Assembly: GCA_054600435.1 (NCBI GenBank)
Contig: BAAIJX010000004.1
Span: 744,001 to 808,000 of the forward strand
Origin: Neophaeotheca triangularis
Taxonomy: Eukaryota
Length of the DNA stretch: 64,000 bases
Direction: 5' to 3'
Shown here: one piece after another, positions 23,359 to 36,780 of the stretch
Numbering within the stretch: position 1 is the stretch's first letter
Layout: the number at the start of each line of letters is the position of its first letter
Position numbers and translations under genes: made by a program
Notes under the pieces: model-generated
Told to the model about the DNA's origin: nothing
Seen by the model: the letters and a program-made list of their open reading frames with translations, nothing else
Databases searched by the model: none

Positions 23359-25343
23359 ATGCTCCTCAATACTCTACTATGCCTGTGTTTTTTTGTGTAC
23401 GCCTCGTTGGGCGCCGCAATGCCCGAGGGGGTGGGTGGCGATGACCAGCAGCAAGTATTCGACGCATCGCCTGGCCCGGACGAGGTGTCTCTACCGCTTC
23501 GCCCTGACCGTAGACGCAGCAGTATTGTTCTCATCCTTAGCGACGACCAAGATGAGGTCTCAAACAGCGTCGACTTCATGCCCAGGTTGAAGCATCATTT
23601 AGGGGAGCACGGCACTAGATTTGTCAACCACTTCACAAGCACCGCCATCTGCTGTCCTTCCCGTGTCTCTCTTTGGACAGGCCGCCAACCACATAACACG
23701 AATGTGACCGACGTAGACCCTCCCTACGGTAAGTGTACCTACAGCTTTCCCCAGTCATGTTCTCGTACGTCCTTGGCTGATTGAACGCCAGGGGGCTTTC
23801 CGAAATTCATCTCGCAGGGGCTCAACGAACGATATCTCCCGGTGTGGCTCCAACAGGCTGGCTACGCCACGTACTACACTGGTAAGATGTTCAACTCTCA
23901 TACGGTGGAAAATCATGCGTCTCCTTATCTGAAAGGCTGGACCGGCTCCCGATTCCTCCTCGACCCTGGCACCTACTCTTACCGCAACCCGATCTATCAG
24001 AAGGATCACGAGGAGCCTGTGCAGTACCAAGACCGCCACACCACGGAACTAATCCAAGAATTCGCCTCCGAGCTCCTCGACGATGCTTCCAAATCTGGAC
24101 AGCCGTTTTTCCTCGCCATCGCCCCCGTAGCCCCACACTCAAATATCGACAGTAACGGAGGCGATGTACCCACCATGACAGAGCCGATTCCCCTGCCACG
24201 GCATCGCCATCTCTTCAAAGGCCAGAAGATCCCCCGCACCACAAATTTCAACTCCGACAGCCCCAGCGGGGTCAGTTGGGTAAGAACACTGCCTCAGTTG
24301 AACGAAAGCGCGGAAGAATACCTGGACCACTACTATCGGCAGCGCCTCCGCTCTCTACAAGGTGTCGACGAACTGGTCGAGCAAGTAGTTACACAGCTTG
24401 ATGATGCCGGTATCCTTGATGATACCTACATCTTCTTCAGCTCTGACAATGGCTTCCATTTCGGTCAACATCGTTTACCACCGGGCAAAGAGTGTGGTTT
24501 CGAAGAAGATATTCGGGTCCCGCTATACGTCCGAGGTCCGGGCATCAGTCACGATCAGCTTGACTCGGCGGTCACGTCGCATATTGATCTAGCGCCCACG
24601 TTCTTCGAAATCGCCGGCATCGACCTCAGAGAAGACTTCGACGGTGCACCGATTGCTCTGGCCGGTGGCAGTAGCGGCCAGACGAGGAGAAATCATGAGC
24701 ATGTCGGTGTGGAGTATTGGGGTAATGCGCTAGCTGAGGGCGAGATTGGGGGGTTCGGTAGGTGCAGCACGGTAACATCAAAAGCAGTAACGTTTACGTA
24801 TTGCTGACCCGCAAAACTACAGACGGCATGGGTACCTTGACAGTCCCAAACAATACGTACAAAGCCATCCGAGTCGTCAGTGACTCTTACAATCTCTACT
24901 ACGCCGTGTGGTGCAACAACGAGCACGAACTTTATGATATCAACGTAAGCGAGCAACGCAACCGCTTTTCTGCATCTCAAGCCTCGCTAACCCATGCGCA
25001 GTCTGACCCCGGCCAAATGCGCAATATCTACTCAAGCAGTGACGAGACATTCGAGGCTTTGCCTAACGTCAACTTGTCATCTTTGACAACTCGTCTAGAT
25101 GCCCTGATGATGGTCATGAAATCCTGCAAAGGCCGGGCCTGCGTGGAGCCCTGGAAAGTCCTGCACCCTGCCGGAGATGTCGAAAGCCTATCTGAAGCAA
25201 TGGGTGGCCAATTTGACCAGTTTTATCGAGAGCAGCCACAAGTCTCGTTTGATCGCTGCGAGCCGGGATACATTGTTGATGCCGAGGGACCGCAGGAGGC
25301 TGCCGTCTATCGACAGGGACTGGGCTGGTCTCACTGGACGTGA
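23359..25343 (+). CDS. Secreted arylsulfatase (ars-1-like)
   Basis: Multi-exon. Signal peptide, ILSDDQD, formylglycine motif CCPSRVSLWTG, GKMFN, SSDNGFHFGQHRLPPGK. Confidence 0.93.
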
Positions 25344-25830
25344 ATGGATGGAAACCGGGTAGTGCTGCGGTCTAGTTGTGTCTACTTGTGGAATCGAATT
25401 CCTGCGTCACTCTCATAGCTAGCTGCGCAGAAAATGTGCAATCGTCAAAGGCTCCGAGATCTACGCTTGCGATGTAAATGCACCTACAGCTTCTACATCT
25501 GTCCCGCATTGGTTGTATGGCCCTCTTATTTCTAACCGTCGTCTTTTGCCTCGCTAGCTGTGCAGGCAAGCAAGTCTCATGGATCGTTCAAGCACCGATA
25601 ACAGCTCGCCTGTCGCTAGGTGCAAGCGGTCAAAACATCCGCACTAAGCTCAAAAATTGTGTCTCGATTCCCACATATTTGAAACGACCGATGTTGACAG
25701 AAATAACCGTGAAAAGCTAAAGGAACGACCAACACCGCCGAGCTTCTCTACCCAGACCCACGGGAGAAACCCCTTCCCAGCCCCCGGTCTTCTTCCCGCA
25801 CCCGGCCGATCAAGTCTCTCCCCTGCTTCA

Positions 25831-27728
25831 TTAACCACCAGCCTTACCATGACCGACACGAATAATCTCCAAGGGCACCGCCGTCTCTCGCGGCCCCCTC
25901 CGCTTGTCGAAACGATACACAATCGCCAAAGCGACGACGGCGGTAAAGGTGCCTGCGGAAATGCAAGCCATGTTCTTGAAACCGTCGCGGTACAAGGGCG
26001 AGTCTTCCTCGCGCAGGACTTGCGACCCGGCCAGCCCGCCGCAGTTGACGGCAATGGTCATGAGGCAGTGGGTTCGTCAGCTGCTGGTTTTGGGTGCTTG
26101 GAAAGTAGGGGTCGCTTACGCGCTATAGATGCCTCTGGCCGTCTTGGTCTTGGTGTGGTACACGAGCCATCCGACGTTTAGGATGCTGGAGGCGATAAGC
26201 GTCAGCGGCTGGTGGTACAGGAGATTCGGTAAAGTGGGTTTGGGCACTTACTGGACTGTTGTTCCGCCGACGTTTGTCAGCGAGACGAGCGCGTACTTGG
26301 CCCACCGCGAGTTCAGGTCCGGGGTCAGATTTAGCAGGCTGTAGAAGAGGGTTTGCCAAGATGCGCCGAACATGACCACCGAGGAGCGTTTGTTTGTGTA
26401 CTCGCTGTCAACCCAACCAGTACGCACGACTTTCATGTGGCAACGTCGCAGTCTTCTTGAAGGGGAGAATGACTTACCCGAGATACGCGAGGCCGACAGT
26501 GAACATGGCGTTGCCGAAATAGCCAACCGAGGCCAGAGCGGGGGACTCGATAGGATCGAGACCAAAGCCTCTAATCAACGATGGGCTGTAAATAAGCAAG
26601 CCGTGAAGCCCGGCGGCCATGAGCATGCTAATTGCGATGTGGAGGTAGATGCGGAAGTTTGCAAAGGGCACGAGCAGCTCTTTGAACGAAGGCCTTGCCT
26701 CAAAATCCGCATACTCGGCACCTCGGCGGGAAAGACGTGTTTGAATGATCCATTCCTCGCGGTCGTTGAAGTATCTCCAACGATTGAGACCGGCGAGAGG
26801 TCTCGGGAGAGAGATTCGTTGCGGGACGAACAAGAAAAAGCAGACGCAGGTGATGAGGGTTGCCATGCCCTCCACTGGGTCGGAGGATTGTCAGTGAATA
26901 TACCTAAGGGTGAGAGCTGCGAAACCTTACAGGCGAAGAGCCAGCGCCAACCAGACCAGCCGGCGGCCCCCTCGAGGTTGAGAATGCCGGCGGCGAGCAG
27001 AGCTGAGAGAGCGGCGGAAAGGGTCTTGCCAAGATAGTAGACTGCCACGCGAGAGCTGTATTCTTCAATCTTGTACCACATGGTGATGACAAAGATGCCA
27101 CCTGGGTGGGAGGGTGTTAGGCCGAAACTTTCCGCGAAGATGCCCTAACTCCCGCTCACCAGGCATGTAACCAGCCGCAAAGAAACCGAGCAAGAAGCGG
27201 GTAGCGAGGGAAGAGGTGTAGTTGGTGATGAAAGACTGGAACGTCGCAATCATCCCCCAGCCTAACATCTGTCCGGAGAGGAGGAGATGGAAACGAGTCT
27301 GGGATTGTCGCTTTAGCAGCGACTCGTGACCATGACCCAGCAACGGATACACACCCTTTGCAAGATCCAGTTGGAGGGGAGCTCGAAGACAATAATAGCT
27401 GCCAACAGAACCTGGTAACCGGTATTGACCTGTTTTGTATTCATGTTGAGATCTTCTAGAAATGTCGATGTCAGGGCATTGCCGATGTTGGACTGGTCGA
27501 CTGCGACCCAGAAGAGACCGAGGGCGAGGAACGTAATGAGACAACCGTCGAGTCTGCATCGAAATTGTCAGTTCCTAAGCTGGTGTAGTGCATTGGGCGT
27601 ACTTGTTACCTCCTAACTATCTTGCGCTCCTCATCAGGCGTCCATTCTGCTACTTGACCGGCGGCAACGGGGCCAGCGTCAGCTTCATCAACCACGCTGC
27701 TCTGCTTGATGTCTACCGAGCGGCTCAT
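25831..27728 (-). CDS. MFS transporter, allantoate/Dal5 (AstA alternative sulfate transporter-like) family; possibly pseudogenised
   Basis: Multi-exon. WTPDEERKIVRRLD, ELPSNWILQR, TRFLLG, GWSGWRWLF, GSQVLREEDSPLY. The last intron (26119-26066) ends in TG rather than AG. Confidence 0.78.
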
Positions 27729-27908
27729 GATTTGGTATATGGAGGCACGCGAGTCCAAATCAGGAAGGATTATACAAACGCAGAAAGCTTTCGAATACAA
27801 CTGCGGGTTCAACGATGTATTCAAGGTACGATACAAACCGTGGCCTCGAACCTTGGAGGAAGTGCAGCAATAACGTATATATTCGGGCGCACGTAATTTG
27901 CTTTTCGA

Positions 27909-27963
27909 CGCACGCAATCTCGTCGCACGCAATCTCGTCGCACGCAATCTTGTCGCACGCAAT
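27909..27963 (+). repeat. 15-bp tandem repeat (CGCACGCAATCTCGT) x3.6 upstream of the MFS gene
   Basis: Read directly; a related CGCACGTAAT lies just upstream near 27888. Confidence 0.9.
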
Positions 27964-28229
27964 TGCTTGCCCAAGTTGTTCATCGAGGAGTACGAAGATG
28001 TACTGACGGACAGATAGGATGCGGGAGGAGTCCGTATCTCCTCCGGATCCGGGGTGCGTCGTTAAGTACATGGAATGGCGCTTGACACGGCATTCTTATC
28101 AACACTCGAGGGACCTGGAACCGATAAGGTCATGCGTGCATGCCCACCTAGCCAGCTACAAGGTCTATCGCTCTATCTAGTTTACCAAAATACCTTGTCG
28201 ATGTGTCCCAGAATGCGAGCATGTATCGG

Positions 28230-29628
28230 TCAGGGAACGGGCTGAGCAACGGAGCAGCCGGCACGCACCGTTTCATCTCTAGACTGCTTAAGAAACGGCA
28301 AAAGAGAAGTACCACCAGTTCCCGTGAGCTCTTTATCTCCGCCCGCGCCACCATCCTCCTCTTTCGCTACCGAAACACTTGCGAGATTCCGGGTTCCGCT
28401 GGCCGTGGAGCTGCGACTGGGCACAACAATGTACCTAGTGACGATCTTGAGGTGCTCATTGCGAAGGGCCGTCAAAGCGTCAATGGCGGACTGATAAGCC
28501 ATTCTGCATTTCTCCTGGCCTGGGTCGGTTCCATTCCGAAGAGCAAAGCTTCTCAGACTCGAGACATTCGCCATGTGCTCCAGGAATTGGCGGTGGGGGC
28601 CTGGCATATACGCTCGAACCTCGGCCTGGAAACTTGTGGGTGCCTGGTCCTCGCCGTCTCGACCATGGGGCGTTGTGTGGCCGCTGGCAGAATGCGTGAC
28701 CCCGAGAATGACGTCAAAAAATTGGATCATGCTGCTCTGGCCGTTGCTTCCACCTCGTAGCTTCTTCCACTCTCCTTGCCCGTCACCCGTGTCGTAGAAG
28801 ACGCCGTTTGGTAATCCGGCTTCGGCCATGCCTTTGCTGCCGGCAAGAAAGGGACGGACCCGATGAAAGAACTCCTCCGGATCGCATTGCTCGTACATGC
28901 GTGTCAACAACGATGTGACGCTTTTGATGCACGCGGCTATGGAGAACAGTCCGGCTCGCACGGCGAAGTAGTCCTCATCTGCAATTGCTTGCAGCGCCGA
29001 AAGCACCAAGGGTACCAAAGCTCCGGCCTGCGCTTCCATTGCCACCGAAACCATGTAGAACCAGGATTCTGACCTTAGGCCTGTGAAGGTGTGCATGGCC
29101 GAGACGGCATCAAGATTGCCAGGGAACCGGGTGGATGAAACAAGTTTGAAGTTCCAGAGGCACAATGCAGCATACGTCGCCACCGGTGGTAGGTCGAGCT
29201 TGCGCGATACTGCAAGTAGCGGTATCGTGATGGGCGGAGGAAGAATCTATGATATGGTCAGCTGGGTCAAGATAGCAGCAGTGTCCTTCCCGCTTGGGTC
29301 ATACTTCTGCAGGCACTTGGCCACCCCATATGTATCCATGAGCGATGAACGTCAAGATCACATAGGCACGCCTCCATTCTTCCTCGGTGGAGAGGTGCGA
29401 AGTACTCAAGATAGGCAGTTGAAGGACACGAGGGCGCAAGGTCCTGCGCTTGATCAAGCTCGGTAGTTGGCCGATGAGATCCTCCCAGGCGATATAGTAC
29501 TCGTCAGTCAGATGTTGCAAGGGCGGCGTCTCGGGCAGAAAGGCGTTGGTAGATAATGCGAAAGAGTCGAAGAAGTTCTCTTGTTGCATTACATGCTCTA
29601 CGGGCAGTGGTATAATAGAAGGAGACAT
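28230..29628 (-). CDS. Indoleamine 2,3-dioxygenase
   Basis: Two exons. EEWRRAYVILTFIAHGYIWG, LPPVATYAALCLWN, GGSNGQSS, YMPGPHRQFL, proximal-His region LRNEHLKIVTRYI, GTGGTSLLPFLKQSRDET. Confidence 0.93.
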
Positions 29629-30409
29629 GGCGGTCGCAGTCCAAGCGATGGTGCTGTTGGGGATGCTAGCCAGTTGACCCCGTGAGCCCCAAAGCTATGC
29701 GTGCGGTCGCGAAGCATTTTGTCGCTGGCTGACCGTACCCGAGTTCTCCCGTCTTCGGTATTGGTAGTCGTATGAGTGAGGACTTACAGTACTGTAGGTA
29801 CTAGTATGTGTGTATGCAAGGAGGAGACGTTGAAAGCGGGAGAGGATGTTGCCAAGGAAGCACATCCGAACAGTACCCGGCGCCCACTTGATGATCCGTT
29901 CCGTTAGCGCTTCCGATTACTCCGATTGCGCGGGCTTCCATATCTCGTATTACCATCTACCTGGAACCTACCTGTATGTACGAGTAACCTGAGGCAGCAT
30001 CAAGTACAAACATGGCATACGCCACAGGGATATCATGATATTATGGGCAGTCAGGTGACAAGGCCTCTCACCTTAGCCCTGGACCGCTAATAGGCTGGAC
30101 CCTACGGGCACTAGCGGATGTGAGTACCGCCTGCTTCCGTCTCCACAGTCTCACCCGGGCTTGTACATCCACTCACTTCTAAAGTTCCAAAGCATACTGT
30201 ACCTACACAAACTACCTAGTCATCTTTAGCATGTCGTCTTGATATTGATAGCTACGATTCCTCTACGCCAGCGCGGCGGTCAACAAGAAGTGGACAAACT
30301 AAACCGCCGGTCTCTATTCACAGTCCTATTGTAGAGCTTGGAATGTCGCTGGTCATTCGAGGAACCCCCTGATCAGCCAAGCAGGAATAGTCGCACACGC
30401 CGCGCGATC

Positions 30410-32333
30410 ATGAACCCATCCTTGCGTAGGCTGTGGTCACCGCGCTGGCGGACCGCTGTCTCTCGCTACAGCAATCTCTCGAGGCATGGAACCAAACGCT
30501 CAGCTTATTCCACCCAGCGACCTCATAGGACCCCTGGGCTTACAACAAGTGTTGTAGCCGCTTGCTCTTTTGGTTTGGGAATAGCCGCAGCATTTTCAGT
30601 CTCCCCTGGAGCTTTGAAGAAGAATGGACTCGCTGTGCAGTACGCCGGAGTCGGCAAGACAGAAACGGTGAGCCCGTAGCACTCTGCCCCATTCCTCTCA
30701 CCTATACTCATCGTCAAAACCCCAGGCTGCACGCGAGATCGCAACTTTCCTGGGGAAAGACGGCGTGAGCTTCGACCACGAAGTAATCGAGGCACATGGC
30801 ACGTCGGGTTGGGCAAGCTGCAACTCCACCGGCCGCGCCGTCGCCGTTGTCTTCCCCACCAGCACAGAGGACGTCTCGAGGATTGCGTCAATCTGCTATG
30901 CGCAAGACGTCGTGATGGGTGAGTCGGCCTCCCGACGTCTTCTCTGCCTTGATGCATCTGACACGCTTTGCAGTACCTTATGGTGCTGGATCATCCATAG
31001 AGGGTAGCTTCGCCTCGCCGTATGGGGGCATCGTGATTGACTTCACTTTCATGGATAAGATTGTTGCCGTTCACGGAGATGACATGGATGTCGTGGTCCA
31101 GCCCGGTGTGAATTGGATGGAACTCAACCGCCAGTTGTCGGACGAGAAGCTATTCCTGCCCCTTGACCCGTCGCCCACGGCTACTGTGGGAGGCATGGTA
31201 TCGACCAATTGCAGCGGCACCAATGCTTTTCGTTACGGCACAATGAAGGACTGGGTCATCAATCTGACTGTAGTACTTGCCGATGGCCAAGTGATCAAGA
31301 CCCGACGGAGACCGCGAAAGACGTCGGCCGGGTACAACTTGACGTCGCTGTTCGTAGGTGCAGAGGGCACGCTTGGAATCGTGACCGAAATGACCTTGAA
31401 ACTAGCCGTGGTGCCAAACGAGACCAGTGTGGCTGTTGTCTCGTTTCCTACCATCGCTGAAGCCGCCTCCGCTGCAACTAACATCATCCGCAGTGGTGTC
31501 CAGCTTGCCGCGCTCGAGCTAATGGACGAAGTGCAGATGAGGATTGTCAACAGACACGGCAGCGAAGCGGTGCGACGTATAGACTGGGACGAGGCGCCGA
31601 CGCTATTCCTCAAATTCTCAGGACCGACTCCGGAAGGAGTGAAGAGCGATGTCTCGAGATTGAAAAACCTAATCAGCGACCATCGACCTCAAAGATACTT
31701 CCAAGCAACTGGCAAAGATGAAGAAGCCGCGCTGTGGTCGGCGAGGAAAGAAGCATTGTGGAGCATGACGGCCATCAAACCCAAAGGCCATGCTCTCTGG
31801 TCGACCGACGTTGCCGTTCCCATCTCACGACTGGCTGAGCTGATTCAGCTGTCGAAGAAGGACGGCGAGGCCTTGGGTCTTTTCACCAGCATTGTAGGAC
31901 ATGTTGGCGATGGAAATTTCCACGAGGCCCTCATGTACGACCCCAGGAACGCCACGGATAAAGCGGCAGTGGCAGAAGTAGTCAAACGCATGACCGACCG
32001 AGCTCTGGAGATGGAGGGAACGGTGTCGGGCGAGCATGCCATTGGCATGGGTAAAATGGTGAGTGATGCCTTCTGGAACGGTACCAAGCAAATCGCTAAC
32101 CAAAGACTCAGCAATGTTTATTGGACGAGCTTGGTAACGACACCATTGAAGTTATGAAGCGCTTGAAGAAGTCCCTCGATCCAAAGTGAGTCTGCATGCT
32201 GTAGCCTTGCAGTCCACGCTTAGCTAGTCTTGCGATTGCTGACACCTTTGTTTTTAGATGGCTATTGAACCCCGGGAAGATCTTTGCACTTCCAGAGAAC
32301 TCTACTGCAGTTCCGGCGAAGATGCAGGATTGA
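30410..32333 (+). CDS. Mitochondrial D-lactate dehydrogenase (cytochrome)-like FAD oxidoreductase (Dld1 family)
   Basis: Multi-exon. Arg-rich presequence, GMVSTNCSGTNAFRYG, GAEGTLG, GHVGDGNFH, GEHAIGMGK, LLNPGKIF. Confidence 0.9.
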
Positions 32334-33143
32334 TCATGCGCATTAACATTCCTAGCTTTATGCTGAATGCCCTTTGGAATCAAGCTAGAGCGGAGCTCAA
32401 AGGTAATCATCCGGTTTCTCGCCGTGTATCTTATATACTTGAGCCACACTTGCCAACGTTCTCAACAAAAAAAAAAGGCACACATTGAGGCATGTCACCA
32501 CCTCACGCTCCATGTCCCCGACGTAAGTAGGTAGCAGGGCCTCCTACAACATGGCAGGTCGCTAAAAAGCATATCAAACCAACCGGCTTCCACAGCAACC
32601 TGCCCACCGTTACACAAAAAACGTTATCAATCATCCCAGTGTAGCCATTCCCACGCTTTGCCATACGTAACTACGAGCACAGCCTAGAAAATCCTCCATC
32701 GTACCTGATGAAGAGAAGATCGAGCTCCGAGGGAACCGAGCGGGTGTTGCTCTATCACCGTAGTAGTGATCGGTAAGACATTGGTCCAGAGGCCCCGAAG
32801 TGTGGATATAACGCCTGTCCTCAACGAGTTTCGTTAAAAGCGTGATGTAGACCGCTCCCTGAAAAATACTCGGAATCACCTTGACCATGATGGAAGTCTG
32901 CATGGAGCCGAGTCGGCTCGGATGTGATAGAGGACTTTGAAGACCGCTCGACTGGAGGTAAACGGCGTGAAGGTCATCCGGCTATCTTACACATATATAT
33001 AGTCCTATGGATTCGTGGACAGGGAAGGATAGGCTCCAGACAATTCGCCCTAAAACCTACAGGGTATCGTTGCATCGGGTTTCGGAAAGCAAGGGAAAAG
33101 TTAAAAAAAAAAGTGAACGGGCTGAAAAGCAACACGCATTCCC

Positions 33144-34519
33144 TCACCGCCTCGCAATACCCGGGTTCTGAATCTCGCCCTGCACAAGCCCAACCAACGC
33201 GGCATGAACAAAAGGCGCGTTGCTCGACTCGTAAGTAACACTGACCTCCATAGTCCTCGTGATACCTTGCTCGGCGGCCAAGCCCTCCCTCTCACGCGCA
33301 GGAACGGCACTGGCGGTCGAGCTCGACGCGGCCTTTTGACTCTCCGCGGAAGCCATGATGAATTCCTCGCTGGCGGAACTGGACGGGCGACTCCTGCCGC
33401 TGCCTCTGCTTTTCGGGAGCACCGAGCCCAGGGTGATGGATTCCCAGCGGGATTGGGGGTGCGGGGTGGTGCGGCGGAAGAGTGGCCGGAGTAGGGGCAC
33501 CGAGGCGACGATCATGACGAGGTTCAGCTCCACGCTTAGCCAGATGATGTACGGGCAGATGACGTAGGAGAAGTCGATGATTTGGGAGAGGTTTTTGGTT
33601 TCGTAGGTTTTGACTATGGAGCCGATCATTGCGCTGGTGAGGACGGGGGGGTTAGTGGGGTTGCTGGCGAGTTGGCTTTGGAAAGGGAACGCAGAGTGCG
33701 GCTTACAGGATGCTGAGGCAGAGGACGAGGCCCAGGCCGATTTTGGTTTTGAGCGGCCAAGTGGTGTGGATGATGAGCATAGCTGGCAGCACGGCGAGGA
33801 AGACGTCGGTGAGGGTGTTGAAGGCTGTGAATTGACATTAGCCATGACGCTCAAGTGGCCAGCGTTGCGTCGACGCCACCAACCTCCTAGAAAGTAAACA
33901 TAATCCCTTTGCACGACGGGGTCCCAGCAATACTCATCCCACATCGGCATCTTCTCCGGCTTCCAAAGGATATCCAGATGCAAACCGCACTGCACGCAAC
34001 AAATAACGACGGCACCAAGGTTGAAGATGATTTGCAGCGCGATGAAGACCCAAGTCGGCCATTTCTTGACCAAGGGATCCGTCCCGGACAGGAAAAGCAG
34101 CGTGATGCAGTAGCTCACTCGGGCAGCCATGGGCGACGTAAAGCCCCAGATCAAGCAGAGGAGACCCCAACGGACGGACCATTCCTTTTCGTAGTCGTTG
34201 AGGTAAAGGTAATGGCGTCCGAGGCCATTCTCGACTCCCACGTGGACCAGCGCAGCGTGCACTATTCCAAAGACCTGTTTGGAATGTCAGCGGGAGGTTA
34301 CCGTTGTGCGAGAAGGCATCGACGACGTACTAGTGCCACCACCATCAACCAATCATCCCAATACAAGCGCCGAGTGGTTCTGCATTTCGCTGCTATCCTC
34401 GCGCCTATGACAAGAATCGAGATGGCGAGTAAAGCATAACAGACTGTGATGGTGCGAGGTCCTATGTTTGTCTCGGGATCTCCAAAGTCGTAGTCGGACG
34501 GTATCGAAGGGGCACCCAT
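33144..34519 (-). CDS. PTH11-like (fungal rhodopsin-domain) integral membrane receptor, no CFEM domain
   Basis: RLYWDDWLM, GLGRH, TDVFLAVLP-type helix, W.SVELNLVMIVASVPLLRPLF. The long ORF reads through introns. Confidence 0.85.
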
Positions 34520-36780
34520 CTCGCCGTTAGAAGTTGACGATAGTGGAGCTTCTTAACAGCGCAAGCAGCGGGCCCGTTGGTTAACACTACTACTACTGGA
34601 GAAGTTGGAGAGGATGTGTGAAAGTGCAAGCAGAGGCGAGTGTTTGAGAAGAGAGTTTCGGGAGTGAAACGATAGGTAGGGTCAGTGATGTTGCGAAAGG
34701 CGGGCCGAATTTACCAACAGGTGGGACTAAATATCTCCTGTGTAAGAAGGTGTATGATGAGCCCTACCTCCGCTCTAAGAGAAAGCGGTTGCCCTCTTTT
34801 GTTCACAGGCAAGGATCGCTACCGCTAGGGCTGGATCTGGACTAATGGCGCCGTGAGATGTACAAGAACACATTTGTGAGGCTTGGAAGATCGATAGGCG
34901 CGAAGTCGGTTGTAGCTGAAGGATGCTTAATTACGATCTAGGAGGTGCGGCATCCTCGAGATCTATACTCGTAGTGCTGATAGGATCTTGTCGAGAATCT
35001 ATGACGATTGAGTGGTCAGTGTGATAGATGAGTAGATGCCTTTAGATGAAATAGCCCATAAGGGACCGGAAGTCACGAATCGCGTAGGAACAAGATCCTG
35101 GAGAAATGTTTCGGGGGCCAGGGTGTGTTAGATTATAGATAGTCAGCTTTACGGGGAAGCCGGTGATGGTTGGGGTCGAAAAATGTTCAATGCTCTGTAT
35201 GTGGACATGGCTTATTACATGCGGCGCCGCAAAGAATCTAGAAAGATGAGATGCTCCAAGACTGATCGGGGTTTGCCTTTGTTTTGGGAAGAAAGTTACG
35301 ACCTTACGATGTTAACAGGTACCTAGGTAGACTCGGAGCGACAAGTCTACTCGGTCCATTCCAAGATCATGACCAGTAGGCCACTCCCCATAGCACTATG
35401 GTAGAGGTCTAACCGGTAAAGCTTAGCAACTAGTGCAAAAAGACAAGGCAGACGAAGTTGCTACACATAAGATCCCATTCGCCACAACACGGGAAATCTG
35501 ATATATCGAAAATCGTCAAAACCAGATCGCCACGGCTAGGCGAGATGGAATTGTTAGGTGCAACCCCTGACGCCCGCGTACGTGAGACTACTACCGAGAC
35601 AAAAGAACTACTACTAGGCGGAGTCGCTAAAGCGTTCACCCCGATTCGCCACCCCCTGTCTGTTCCGTTGTAGCGCATTATCATCGAATCCTGCAGATAA
35701 TGCCGCTTCTAGGTTACATTGCTTTAGATCGAGCCGCTATCTGTACACTAGGTACACTATATATAAAGGTATAAAACCGGTGGCTTCGAAGCAGCAAGTT
35801 ACACCAAGTTGGACAGGTACTATACTATACATGGTAGGCGGTAAAAAGCGACAAAAGGGTATAGCACAAGTAGCTATCATACCTAGGCAGTCTACGGGAC
35901 TCAATTCAAGCAGCCAGATCAATAGTAGTATTAATGTGGTAAATAATCCACGACGCTGAGTCAAGTTTGCAAGGAAAAGGCACGACGATCCTTGCAACAT
36001 GACTTGATGGGACGGGAGGTGAAGTTGGCCTTGCCCTACCTACCTCTACCTACCTTACCTCTACCTATGCCTGCCCTAAGTGTGAAACAGTTCTCCACGT
36101 GCGGCACGTGTTTGCGTATGTCCCGCGAGGCGAGGCGGGACGGGACCGGAAGAAATAAAGGGCACGTGCACGTACGAGATGTGGAGTCTGCGAGACAAGC
36201 GTCAAGAGGTTCTTCGGAACTGAGTCCGGATCCTCCTACGGGCGACTGTTAGTGTTGACATAACCTCCCAAGTCCGTAAGGGACGGCGGAGGAACGATAG
36301 AAGGAAAGCAAGTAAGTGTTTTTACGTCTTTGCCACCACTACAACTTCCTCTACCCGCAGAAAGGGTTTCTCGTAAGAATCATGATATTCGTTCGTCTAA
36401 TGACTCTGAGCTATTCTCGGCCGTAAGGAGCTTCGGCAGGAAAAAGGAAGTGGTAGAGTGTTGGACTCAAACTCGTTTCGACCTTTTTTCCCAACTCGCA
36501 ATATTCCCGTCTGAGTAATTCCAGAGCGGGAATGGGAAAACAGAAGAGGAGGTCTTGGGGATGTTGAGATCCTTAATCCTCATTCGTCGCGAATAACAAG
36601 CAAGCAAGCACGCAAAGATGTTGTAGAGACCGTTCCTTCCCTTGCTTCCAATCAGCCTTGCCATCCACTCAGCCAGGCCATGAAAACACCCGCCATCACC
36701 CACGTCAATCCACTCATTGCTCATCAACTCTCCTCCACCATTCATCCAGCTGGCCACAGTCCCATCAACCCTCCACGAGC

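Noticed and set aside
27909..27963. CRISPR-like array
   Set aside because: Eukaryotic context; contiguous 15-bp units without spacers.
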